In this document: in pieces, positions 48,990 through 60,849 of the stretch
Layout: each line of letters opens with the position of its first letter
Numbering within the stretch: position 1 is the first letter of the stretch
Assembly (NCBI RefSeq): GCF_963921235.1
Contig: NC_086109.1
Location: 12,710,001 to 12,774,000, forward strand
DNA from: Mobula hypostoma
Lineage: Eukaryota
Direction of reading: 5' to 3'
DNA: 64,000 bases
Program-made: the position numbers and the translations under genes
The notes under the pieces: model-generated
Databases searched by the model: none
What the model was told of the DNA's origin: nothing
The model's input: the letters and a program-made list of their open reading frames with translations, nothing else

Positions 48990-49520
48990 TATCACTTCAG
49001 ATCATAAGACGATGACACATAGTGGCAGAAGAAGGCCATTCAGCCCATTGAGACTGTATCACAATTCTATAATGGCTCATTTATTGTTCACCTCAACCCT
49101 ATTCTCCCAGTACCTTTTCACACCCTTACTAAACAAAAACCTATCAACCTCTGCTTTAAATATATCCAAGGACTTAGCCTCCTCAGCCATCTGTGATAAT
49201 GAATTCCACAGAATCAGTACCTTTTGGTCAGGGACCCTTCTACCAGAGGAAACGTCCGCTCCACATAGACGCCAACGCAGGTCTAGGCCCTTCACTATTC
49301 AAGAGGTTTCATTGAGAACCCTTCCCCAATTCTTCTAAACTCCAGCGAGTACAGTCCCCGAGACATCAAGCACTCCTCATATATTTACCCTTTCATGCCT
49401 GGGATTGTTCTCGGGCACCTCCTCTGGACCCGCTCCAATTACAGCACATCCTTTCAAAGATATGGGGCCAAAAACTGTTCACCATCTTCCACGTGCAGTC
49501 TGACCAATACCTCATAAAGC
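48990..49520 (-). mobile_element. CR1 3' fragment
   Basis: LWNSLSQMAEEAKSLDIFKAEVDRFL. Confidence 0.75.
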
Positions 49521-49761
49521 TGCAGTTTTTATATGACTTCTCAACAACCGAATGGAAAATGTTTTACAATCCCACCGTTGTATTTAGAGGTATGCACAGG
49601 ATTGGGATGAGGTTTAAACACAATGGTTAAATGACCTTTTCACTTTTCTTCACCAAATTGTTATTGTTGTTCAGTGATCTAGTTGTTGAAACAAAAATAC
49701 TTTGCTGAAGATGTTTTGTACCTCTGCACTTGTTCTCATCAGCATATTGACCCATAGTTAA

Positions 49762-50590
49762 AAACATCGAAAACCTACAGCACAATACAGGCCCTTCGGC
49801 CCACAAAGCTGTGCCTAACATGTCCATACCTTAGAAATTACCAAGGGTTACCCATAGCCCTCTGATTTTCTAAGCTCCATGTACTTATCCAGGAGTCTCT
49901 TAAAAGACCCTATCTATCCACCTCCACCACCATTGCTGACAGCCCATTCCATGCACTCACCACTCTCTGCATTAAAAACGTACACCTGACATCTCCTCAG
50001 TACCTACATCTCATCCTCCGTCGCTCCAAGGAGAAAAGGCCGAGTTCACTCAACCTATTCTCATAAGGCATGCTCCCCAATCCAGGCAACATCCTTGTAA
50101 GTCTCCTCTGCACCCTTTCTATGGTTTCCACATCCTTCCTGTAGTGAGGCGACCAGAACTGAGCACAGTATTCTAAGTGGGGTCTGACCAGGGTCCTATA
50201 TAGCTGCAACATTACCTCTTGGCTCCTAAACTCAATCCCACGATCGATGAAGGCCAATGCACCATATGCTTTCTTAACCACAGAGTCAACCTGCGCAGCA
50301 GCTTTGAGTGTCCTATGGACTTGGACCCCAAGATCCCTCTGATCCTCCACACTGCCAAGAGTCTTACCATTAATACTATATTCTGCCATCATATTTGACC
50401 TACCAAAATGAACCACCTCACACTTATCTGGGTTGAACTCCATCTGCACTTCTCAGCCCAGTTTTGCATCCTATCAATGTACCGCTGTAACCTCTGACAG
50501 CCCTCCACACTATCCACAACACGCCCAAACTTTGTGTCATCAAATTTACTAACCCATCCCTCCACTTCCTCATCCAGGTTATTTATGAAA
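49762..50590 (-). mobile_element. 5'-truncated CR1 (internal deletion near 49997)
   Basis: MEFNPDKCEVVHFG..LVRPHLEYCAQFWSP; KFDDTKFG. Confidence 0.88.
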
Positions 50591-51039
50591 ATGACCTTTG
50601 AGAAGTTTTCCAAGAAGTGATGGTGCAATGCAGAAAGAGACCACAGCAATAGGTCAATGTGTAGCATCTGTTGTTACTTCTCTATTCTGTTTGGTAAGAC
50701 AAGTAACGAAGACAGAAGTTCTAACCACATCATTCGCTGAGGGTGAACATTAGACTGATGACAGCAGTGACTGATGCAATAGAGTCAGCACATATACTGT
50801 ACAATGTACAGAATTTAAGCAGATATACATTCACTGCTAATATACTGCACTGTTTCCCCCTAAAGCAAATGTAACAAACCCAAAATTACAACAGCTCTCC
50901 ATCTATACTGAATTATTTTATGATTTATCTCTTGATATACAATGTGAAATTAAGTGTTTATAAACAATTGCAAAGTCAGCAACAAAAATTCAGGAAAAAA
51001 TAAATGAGCTACATTCTTGAATCACCTCAACCCTCACAC

Positions 51040-51480
51040 TACAATGAGGACAAAAGCAACACACACAGAATACTGGAGGGACTCAGCAGGTCAGTCAGAA
51101 TTTATGGAGGTGAATAGACAGTCAAGATTTCAGTCGGAGGCCCTTCTTTTACCAGTTCTCACCAGCCTGGTTCCTCTCCCTAGGCCCCTCCTCCTTTTTC
51201 TCCTATGGTCCACTTTCCTCTCACGTCTCACGTCAGATTCCTACTTTTACTGCCTTTACACCCGTTCCTATCCAGCTGGCGTCACTGATCACCTTCCAGA
51301 TAGCCTTCCGCTCCTTTTGATTCAGGCAACTTCTCACTTTTTTCTCAGACCTGACTAAGAGCCTGAGCCTGAAATGTCGACTATCTATTCATTTCCACAG
51401 ATGCTGCCTGACTTGCTGAGTTCCCTCCAGCATTTTCTGTGTGTTAGTTTGGATTTCCAGCATCTGCAGATTTTCCAGTG
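51040..51480. mobile_element. Opposed Penelope-like terminal relics
   Basis: cacacagaatactggagggactcagcagg (minus) and ctgactaagagcctgagcctgaaatgtcgac...gatgctgcctgac (plus). Confidence 0.55.
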
Positions 51481-51731
51481 TTTACAATGAAATCAAGGTT
51501 GAACGATTAACATTGTTCAGATAAAATTCAAGATGGCACCGAGAAGTTGTGACTCTGTGTAGAGCTCCAATGGTAATCATCGAACATTCCCATTTAGGAC
51601 TGCTACATTTAATTTCACAACATACATTATGTCAGTGATATTAAAACTGATTTTGATTATGATTCTGTATTACTTCTACAATATGTATGACACATGAGAA
51701 TTGTTATTCCTTGTACTGAAGCTCTCCTCAG

Positions 51732-51866
51732 ACTTCATCTGCCCCAGGGAATTGCACAGCATGAATGTGGATATGTGGAATGTGGATCACACTTCGACAA
51801 ACATAGAAAGATCAAACCTGGTGAACAGAGATACTGTGATGCTAGAGACAGAGAATCTCAGCAAAG
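51732..51866 (+). CDS. Candidate stalk exon (DFICPRELHSMNVDMWNVDHTSTNIERSNLVNRDTVMLETENLSK)
   Basis: Acceptor ctcctcag, donor aag|gtatgc, 135 nt symmetric phase 1-1, open frame; degenerate paralog at 40460. Confidence 0.45.
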
Positions 51867-52148
51867 GTATGCAGGGTTAGGGGAAAGGGAGACAATGGAG
51901 TTGAGCTAGGTAAGACAGAAATGTCTTCTCCTTGGACAAGTGTGTCCAGCCCATTAACTGTGCCATGTGATTCTATGAGAAATAGAAACTACAGGGGTTG
52001 TCTACTTAACACAGATCATTTCCTGTCAAAATTGATTTAATTTGGTTTAAGAACAGATCTGATATGGATTTTACTCCATTGTGACTGTGTAATTCCACTC
52101 ACTTGGTTTCCTCTCACATCTAACCAGAGTAAGGTGAAAATCCATCAG

Positions 52149-52192
52149 AGTTCTTGAAATTGCACTGACAGATGGAATAGAATTCAGAAAAG
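52149..52192 (+). other. Conserved 44-nt exon-like block (copy B)
   Basis: catcag|...aaaag|gtgagc; paralog of 41401-41444. Confidence 0.4.
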
Positions 52193-52354
52193 GTGAGCTT
52201 TAAAGTTTCCTTCAAAGAGCGGACACGGTTTTCAGAGAGGAGAGGGAATGAAGTGAAGTACTGTATGCTGAGTTTGCATGAAAAGCCCCTTCTACATCAC
52301 ACCTATTTCCTACTTTGCTCCCTCCTCAGCAGCAAGCTCCCCAAAACATTGAAG

Positions 52355-53420
52355 TATCAGAATCAAAATCAGAACCCGAATCAGAATCACTTTTATTATC
52401 ACTGGCATGTGTCATGAAATTTGTTAACTTAGCAGCAGCAGTTCAATGTAATATATAATATAGAAGAAGAGAAAAAAATAAATTACAGTTTGCATATACT
52501 GAATGGATTAAAATCATGCACAAACAGAAATAATATACATTAAAAAAGTGAGGTAGTCTTTATGCATAAAATATCCATTTAGGAATTGGATGATAGAGGG
52601 GAAAAAGCTGTTCCTGAATTGCTGAGTGTGTGCCTTCAGGCTTCTGTATCTCCTTACTGATGGTAACAATGAGAGAAGGGTTTGCCCTGAGTGCTGGGGG
52701 TACCAAGGCAAGATCCAGAATGATGGACAAAGCTTGGAGTGTAAGTCCATAACTCCCTGAAATTTGGAACAGAGGGAGATGGGTTTCCGCTAATGGCAAT
52801 GAGCCAGCAATGTGCATATGAAAATTCAGGTTGCAAATGTATAAAAATATGATTAGGACACGCTTCATGTCGGTGTGTAATTGTGTTTGCGGTATATCAA
52901 GAAGGATGTGGAAACATTGGAGGGATTGCAGAAGAGGTTCAGCAGATTGCTGCCTGTATTAGAAGACCATAGGACCAAAAGGCAGAGAAGAAGAATTAGG
53001 CCATTCTTCCCATTGAGTCTATTCCACCATTCCATTCTGCCTGATTTATTTTCTCTCTCAACCCTATTCTGCTGCCTTCTCCCCATAATCTTTCATGCCC
53101 TTACTATTCAAGAATTTATCAATCTCCACGTTAAGTATACCCAGTGAATTGGCCTCCACGGCCACCTGTGACAGTGAATTTGACAGATTCACCACCCTCC
53201 AGCTAAAACAATTTTCCCTCATCTCTGTTCTAAAGGAGTGTGCTTGTACTCAGAGGCACTGCCCTCCGATCCTAGAACTCCCCATCACAGGGAACATCCT
53301 CTCCACATCCACTCTGTCTTGTCCTTTCAATATTCAATAGGTTTGAATATGATTCCCCCTTTCCCCCTCATTCTTCTAATCTCCGGTGAGTACACGCCTA
53401 GAGCCATCAAACTTTCTCCT
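52355..53420. mobile_element. Rex-type 3' end (minus) and CR1 fragments
   Basis: (AATCAG)n-like tail at 52358-52390; RRYRSLKAHTQQFRNSFFP; CR1 tail gaccataggacc at about 52966. Confidence 0.6.
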
Positions 53421-53762
53421 CACACTCACAACACTCTACATGAGCTCTTTCTCTTTCCATCGTTAACTTTTCACCATGAACACTTTCCCTGATGATGCAC
53501 CACGGCTAACGTTATAAATCAAGCAAAAAATAAATTGAACTTCAGGAGTCAGGTGGTCAACATTTCAGATTAATCCCCTGCTTCAGGACACCTACAGTCG
53601 TTTATTTTGACTTCAGATTAAAACGTTTCCTGTTGCTTGTCTCTAATATTTTAAAACTTCTCAGCACTTCATTCACTCTTTGAGAATAGTTTGTGTTCCT
53701 GTCCTGCTAAATATAACTAAAAGCTTTTCAGATTGTCACGTACCACACACCAATTGTGTTAC

Positions 53763-53864
53763 TGTAGTTTTTTTGATCAAACTTCCGACTGCCTTCTTCC
53801 TTATTTTATTTCAGTCATTTCTCTCTGAGGACAGACAGGTCCTGCTTGTGTCTCCGTGAATAAA
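53763..53864 (+). promoter_or_regulatory. Putative promoter or 5' region of leader exon B (ETS-type motifs)
   Basis: ACTTCC at 53781 and CTTCCTT at 53796; the RUNX-like site reads TGTAGTTT at 53763. Confidence 0.35.
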
Positions 53865-53904
53865 ATGCTGTGGACGTTGATTCTTCTGACTGGTTTCCTA
53901 CCTG
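53865..53904 (+). CDS. Signal-peptide exon B, receptor gene 3 (MLWTLILLTGFLP)
   Basis: ATG...CCT G|gtgagt; joins in frame to V exon 55259 to give ...FLPVSGALWAE, a typical leader and cleavage region. Confidence 0.8.
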
Positions 53905-54786
53905 GTGAGTTACAGACAGCACTGGACAACTGCATAATCAGTGTTGGATTGGGGGTCGTACAACGTTTCCACAAGAATGCTTGAATACCCGTAGACACTA
54001 AAGATGTCGGAAACTGGAGTTCAGAGTTCACTCCTGGAGAAACTCAATGGGTCAAGCAGCTTCTGTCAGGGGCAGAGGAAATGTCAATGGTTTGGGTCGA
54101 GACCCTGCCTCATGTGTGATTAGAGCGGGAGAGGGTTAAATAGGAGAGGGGGAGGCGTGAAACTGGGTCCTCAAGTTAGTCGGGGCTGAGGAATAGTGAA
54201 GCACAACAGGCAAATGGAGTGGGGTGGAAAAGGGATGGTGTTTGGAGGTGGGTGAGAGGTGGAAGCAGATAAGGAGAAAAGAGGAATAGTGTAGAGCCAG
54301 GTGTGGGGAGAATATGTTCAGCTGGAGAAATCTCCTGCAACCTGTTAAGCAAGAACATCAGATCTACCATTGCTGGGATCTGTTCTCTCTCTGCAGGGAT
54401 CACTGTGACATTTGACGTTATTGTCTTGAAATCAAGTCCTTCCTGGGCCACTTCAGTGGTGCAGTTAGCATAGAACGTTACTAGATCTGGAGTCAAAGAT
54501 AAACCAGGGTGGTAGGGATAAGAAATTTCTCTCCCTAAAAGTCTTTCCAATCTACATGGGATCTTTACAATCTGACAGTCCATCATTATTATTATTGATA
54601 CTTGTTTTTTAAATTCCAGAAATAATAAATTGGATTTTCGTACTCAAAGTTTCTCAACAGTTATTGAAATCTCACCTGAGTTTCTAGACACAGAAGCACT
54701 AATGACCACTGTTGCGCCACCTTCTAACTACACATAGAAATACTTGATAGGTACAATATTTACAAATTGCTTCAGAACCTTGTCTG

Positions 54787-54788
<2 letters not shown>

Positions 54789-54830
<42 letters not shown>
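54789..54830 (+). repeat. (CA)n microsatellite
   Basis: About 21 AC units. Confidence 0.95.
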
Positions 54831-54834
<4 letters not shown>

Positions 54835-55258
54835 TGGGAGCATCTTATGAAATAGCTGGGACCTCTATGGACATTTCAAAGGCTGACATATTCTGAAGCA
54901 ACTGAAAGTTGAACACTTTCATGGCCTCAAAATCTGTGTATGGTATTGAATTCCATAGAGTCAACACCCTCTGGCTACACTACAGCTCTCCCCCAGTAGT
55001 GCACTGGAAGATCAGCCCTGGGTTTCTGCTCAGGACTCTGGAGTGGGAAGTGAACTCACAATGTACTGACACAGGGGAGACAGCACTGACACAGCTGACA
55101 CAGTAATAGCACTGACTGCACTTCACACCAGAATCATTGGCTGTGGTGTCATGGACCACATGCTGTACGTGACCTGCACCTGTTTTTACCGTCATGTTCA
55201 AAAATAATTGTTGTATTAAATTGTTCCTTTCCCTCACATCTGACAATGCCTCCCTCAG

Positions 55259-55579
55259 TTTCAGGTGCATTGTGGGCAGAGAAATATGTAAAAGGAGTTG
55301 TGGGAAGAGCGATCACAATCGATTGTCACTATGAAGAAAAGTACCGCTCATACACAAAGTATTGGTGCCATGGATGGACCGTCAGTTGTTCAGTTTCAGT
55401 GGAAACAAATGGGCAACACGGACGGAGTGGATGAGTGTCAATCACAGATAACCCAGAACAGAGAATATTTACTGTTACTGTGGAGAATCTTCACTCTGGA
55501 GATTCAGGATGGTACAGCTGTGGAATTTCAACAACAGGTCCCGATTCGAGATTTAATTTAGAACTAAAAGTAAATGATG
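55259..55579 (+). pseudogene. Ig V exon 1 (CD300/pIgR-type) of receptor gene 3 with premature TGA
   Basis: IDCHY...KYWC..W...C...DSGWYSCG pattern (extra CD300/pIgR-type Cys pair); acceptor ccctcag, donor gtaggt; in-frame TGA at 55432-55434 where V2 has Arg. Confidence 0.85.
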
Positions 55580-55669
55580 GTAGGTTTCTCAGTGATTGAT
55601 TTGTGCCTTCCATAAATTAAATGTCTCATGATCTTTGTCAGACACTGTCCATTCCTCACTATCTCTGCA

Positions 55670-56325
55670 TTAATATCAGTACCAAATGTTTCCCTCTATA
55701 CGGCAGGTCACTGAACCCAGTTACAATTTCATTCTCTCCTGAAAGCCACCAAACATGTGACAGATATCTCACAAGTTGCTGCCTTTAAACCTCCTGTCAT
55801 AATAGAGTGGCCACTGAGTGTATGTTCATGGTCTTTTGCTTTTGTGGCCCATCCACTTCGAGCTTTGACGTGTTGTACTTTCAGATGCTCTTCAGCACAC
55901 CGCTGTCATAACCCACTGTTATTTGAATTCCTGTCACCTTTCTGTCGGCATGAACATGTCTGGCCATTCTCCTCTGACCTCTTTCATTAATAAAGCACTT
56001 TTGTTCACAGAATTGCTGCTCTCTGGATGTTTTTTCATGTTGTTCGTACCATTCTCAGTAAACTCTAGAGACAGTTGTGTGTGAAAATCCCAGGAGGTTA
56101 GTAGTGCCTTAGATATTTACTACCCCGTCTGGCACCAGCAATAATTGCATGGTCAAAGGCACTTAGATCACATTACTTCCGCATTCTGATGTTTGGCCTG
56201 AACATTGACTGAAACTCTTGAATATTTCTGCATGCTTTGATGAGTTGAGTTGCTGATGGTCTGATTGACTAATTAGATATTTGCATTAGTGATCAGGTTA
56301 ATATTTGTACCTAATAAAGTGGCAG
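55670..56325. mobile_element. Tc1-like MITE relic in the V1-C2 intron
   Basis: Ends gtacctaataaagtggc, also present upstream of the orphan C2 exon (34575-34592). Confidence 0.55.
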
Positions 56326-56384
56326 AAGAGTGTCTGATTTTCAGATGTTCATTCAGTGTCTGAATGTTTAATTCTTTCCCACAG

Positions 56385-56705
56385 AACTCGTGTCTGTTCC
56401 TGTGATTCGATATCTGTCACCAGCAAATGTCTCACGTCTCAGCGGCTCAGTGTCACTTTCCTGTGAGTCTCTCCAGGGATCCCTTCCCATTCAATACAGA
56501 TGGTATGAACAAACCTCATCTGTGCATCCAAACATCTCAAATACCAATGAACTGACTCTGCATTGTCAATCCTTCAATCACACACACCATCAATATTACT
56601 GTAGTGCCTCAAATTGGCGTGGAGCGAAATCCAGTGCAATGGTTAAAGTGACAGTCTTCAACAACGGAGAGATCTGCAGTTACGTGACAGAAATCAATGG
56701 CACTA
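56385..56705 (+). CDS. Ig C2-type exon 1 of receptor gene 3
   Basis: Acceptor ttcccacag, donor gtaagt, 321 nt phase 1-1; LSCES...WY...LHC...YYC...IC; matches ORF 56390..56716. Confidence 0.85.
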
Positions 56706-56999
56706 GTAAGTTCTAATTTCAAGGGAGGATACATTTAAATATTTCTTTTTATTACTCTGTTACTGCTGCTCTTATACCTCTAGTGAGGATAAGGAATTTC
56801 TTTGCATTTGTGGAAGCTGCACATTGCAGCCTCCATGGGGTAGAACGAAAGTGCAGTGAACAGTTAAGTCTGTCACTTGCTCCTGGAAGATATGGAGCAT
56901 CTCAAACATAGTTGGACTTGCGCATCTCGACAAATTGAGAGCATTCCATTAATACTTCTGGCTTTACATTGAAAAGTCCAGACTGGTATCGACTTCTGA

Positions 57000-57960
57000 T
57001 TCTCATAAAAGCAAAAAGGACTTATAATATTGCAAATATTAGTGGGAATGACAGAAATTTGGCAATGGCAGGGGCAGAGATGAGTGTTGTTGCTATTACT
57101 AAGCAAAACGTGCTTGAGAAGCTGAGGGATCTGAAAATAGATGAGTCATTTGGACCAGATGTACTACATCCCAAGTTACTGAAAGAGTTATTTAAAGAAA
57201 TCGTGGAGGCATTAGTGGTGATCTTTCAAGAATAATTAGACTGGAATGTTCAAAGGATTGGAAAATTGGAAGTATCACCATACTCTTTAAGAAAGGAGGG
57301 GGGCGAAAGGAAGGAAATTGTCAACCAGTTAGCATGACTTTAGTGGTTGTGAAGATGTGGGAGTCTATTATTAAGAACAGGATTTTGGGGTACTTGGAGG
57401 TATATGATCAAAAGTGGTTTCCTTATGGGGAAATCATCCTGAAAAATCAGCCTCAGAATGCAAGGGCGTCCCTTTATTTTATTTATTTACCGATAAAGTA
57501 CAGAATAGGCCCTTCCAGCCCTTTGGGTCACAACACCGAGTGAACTCTCGACAAACCCAATTAACTGTAACATAATCACAAGGCAATCTGCAAAGAGCAG
57601 TTATCCTAATGAGTATGTCTTTGGACTGTAGGAGGAAACAGGACCACTCGGGGAGACCCTATACATTCCACATGGAGGATGTATAGACTCCGTACATTAG
57701 AACAGAGATGAGGAGGAATTTCTGTAGCCAGAGGGTGTTGAATCTGTGGAATTCAATACCATACATGGCTTTTGAGGCCAAGACATTGAGTATATTTAAA
57801 GCGTACTTAATAGTTTCTTGCTTAGGAATGGCATCAAAAGATTACGGGGAGAAATGCCAAGGATGGAATTGAGTGGGATAATAAGTCAGCCTTGATGGAA
57901 TTGTGGAGCAGACTGTATAGGCCAAATGGCCTAATTCTCCTCCTATGTCTAATGGTCTCA
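57000..57960 (+). mobile_element. Degenerate CR1 pieces interrupted by a minus-strand V-SINE (about 57490-57690)
   Basis: LRDLKIDESFGPDVLHPKLLKEL; gtctttggactgtaggaggaaac is the reverse complement of the V-SINE core. Confidence 0.6.
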
Positions 57961-58559
57961 TTGTCTTTGGTCGTCTCTAGCTTTTGAATCTCTGAGCATC
58001 CCAGGTAAATTACCAACCGCTGAAACTGGGTTTTTGTTTGTTAAATAAAAAACCTCACTCGCTTTGAGACATGAGAAGGAAATCCATTCCTTCTATGAAC
58101 AAGGCTGCTGCATTTCATGATTACAACAAGGATAATAAATCTTCAATTCCCTTTTAATCACTAAAGGAATGTCAGTCCAAGGTGAGGGATGGGCTGGTGT
58201 TCAGCTTGCTGCACAGCAAGGTTTACGTGTCTTTATGCTGAACTGAGGCTGTGGTTGGCAATTAATGGCCTCATGAATTGGCTACAGTGATGACTGGCTT
58301 CTTGGCTGTGGCCTCAGTTTTGTGAATTTCAGTTCCAAATGTTATTTGCTTACTTTGATTTGCTCTTTCTTCTGTATATTGGGTGTTCTATTTTTTTGTG
58401 ATTGCCTGGAAGGAGGTGAATCTCAAGGTTGTCCATGGTATAGATTCTTTGATAATAAGTATACTTTGAACTTTGATTGTTGAGATTGAAGTGCAATCTG
58501 ATTGGCTGTGATCCCATAAGCTGTCACATCTATGCAATGAAATAGAATTCTGAATTTAT

Positions 58560-59870
58560 CCTTTTAAAAGCATGTTCCAGTTTAGAGAGGATGCTGCAGA
58601 GTCAGGGAGTTATAGGTTATGGACACAGGAGTTTCACCCCAAATCATCCATGCTGACCACAGTATCTTCCTGAGCTTCTCCCATTTCATTGCATTTGTCT
58701 CGTATCCTTCAAAAACTTGCCTACATATGAACTTGTCCAAATGTATTTTAAATAGTGTATTTGTAACCATCTCTAGTACTTCCTCTGACAGCCTTTTCCA
58801 GGCACACACGGCTGTGTGTGTAAAACACGGCTGCTCCGGGCTCTCTAAGGATTTCCCCTCACTCCTTAAGCCGAGTGTCTCTAGTTTTCAACTCCCCCAC
58901 CCTGGGATAAAGACAGTGATTATCCACCATATCCTTGCCCACAAAACAAAGTAACACAATAGAATCCATGTAAAACCACACACAACAAAGACTGACAAAA
59001 AGCCAATGTGCAAGCGATGATGAATCGTGCAAATAATAAAAATACGTAAACAAATAATACATAGAACATGAGAGGCAGAGTCTCTGAAAGTGAGTCCACA
59101 GCTACAGAGTCAGTTCAGTGCTGAGGCGAGTGAAACCAATCCAGGAGCCTGATAGCTGCAGGACAACAACTATTGACGAACCCTGTGGTGTGGGGCCCAA
59201 GGCTCCTGCACCTTCCACCTGATGGTAGGACCGAGAAGAGAGGGAGACAGGTCAAATGCAAGCGGACAATACAGGCTCAGGTGGGGAGGGGGCAGCTTGC
59301 TGGCACAGAGTAATGGGGCTGAACACCGGCTCATTTTCAAGATCCTCATGTAAACTTACACAACTCTTTCCACTGTCCACCGCACTGCTGTCTCACCCAT
59401 AATTTATTAATCATGCCACCTACAGTTTCATTCCAGATTATTAATATTGATGACAAATAAGAATGGTTAACAAATAACAGCACCGATCCTGATGGCACAT
59501 TGCTGGTGATAAAGTCTGATGTTGTCAGAAAACCAACACTCCACTACCACAGTCTGTATCCTTCCGCCAAGCCTATTCAATATCCATCCAGGTAGCTTAC
59601 CATGTGATCTCACATTACAGATCAGTCTGCTATGCAAGGTATGGTCATAAACCTTGCTAAACAAAAATTGCTAATCTCTAAGGTCCTGTCCTTTCATCAT
59701 CTCTCAAAAAAAAACTCAGTCAAATAGTTTTGGGGGAGGATTTCCCATGCACCAGATCGTGTTGGCTATCCAAATCAGATCTTGCCTTTGCAAATTCAGG
59801 TTGATCCTGCCTCCAATAAGTTACCCACCACTGATCCTGGGCTCACCTGCCTGGAATGGGACTGGATCAG
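58560..59870 (-). mobile_element. Degenerate CR1 fragments with an inserted Rex/L2 3' end
   Basis: CAWKRLSEEVLEMVTNTLFKIHLDKF; FSKVYDHTL..ILNRLGGRIQTVVVE. Confidence 0.5.
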
Positions 59871-60273
59871 TAATCTGTTGACTCAGAAATATGGAAACAC
59901 ACTGAGACATTAGTGGGCAGTGAGAATGATGACTCCAATCAAATAAAAATTGCTACTTGTGAAGAGCTGGGAGCACATGAGGAGGGACGATGTTATTGTC
60001 TTCTCTGTCTGTGAGGAATTCATTTATATCAATTGACGCTGTGGCAGATTCCTTGGAACACAGTGTCAGTTGTAAATAAAACATCTTTAGCTATTATAAT
60101 TGTATTCGTTATCTTTTGTGTTTTTTTCCTGCTGCATTTAGATCAGGCATAACAATGATTTAATTCCAGTTTACACGTTCGTACAGGAAATGACATTAAA
60201 TAATCTTGAAATTTGAGCCTGCTTGTGTAAATTTGATTTTACCTGTCCATTTTCTGAAGATTTTCTCCCTCAG

Positions 60274-60594
60274 TTTCAGGTGCTTTATGGACAGAAGGTG
60301 AAGTAAGAGGAGTTGTGGGAAGAGCGGTCAGAATCGATTGTAACTATGCACCAATGTACCGTTCACACACAAAGTATTTGTGCCGCATGTGGGATCGCCA
60401 ATGCACATCGTTAGTGAATACAAATGGGACAAATGAGCAGCGTGGAAGAATGACAATCAGAGATAACACATCCCTGGGAATATTTACTGTTACTATGGAG
60501 AATCTTGTCTCTAATGATACAGGACCTTACAGATGTGGAATTACAACCTCTGGCAATCATCCAGTGTTTGATGTGCATCTCCAAGTATCTGATG
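60274..60594 (+). CDS. Ig V exon 2 (CD300/pIgR-type) of receptor gene 3
   Basis: Acceptor tccctcag, donor gtaggt; VSGALW...IDCNY...KYLC..W...C...DTGPYRCG; open; about 52% aa identity to V1 (56/107 by hand count). Confidence 0.88.
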
Positions 60595-60849
60595 GTAGGT
60601 TTCTCATTGATTGACTTGTTGTCTCCACCGAAATGTCTGATTCAGGTTTTCTCTGGGAAGAGTCAGGGCAGCAGGAATATCCGGAGGCTCCACAGCAGTG
60701 CAGAGCCCTGTGGCTAGTGTGCAAAGATGGGGAGACCTCGCTCACAATTCTCTCATCCACTGTGACTTCTGATCCACTGTTGGGATACTGGTTTCCAGTG
60801 GAAGGCTCAGTATATTTTCCTGCTTCTGAACTCCATGAGACGTCACCCT

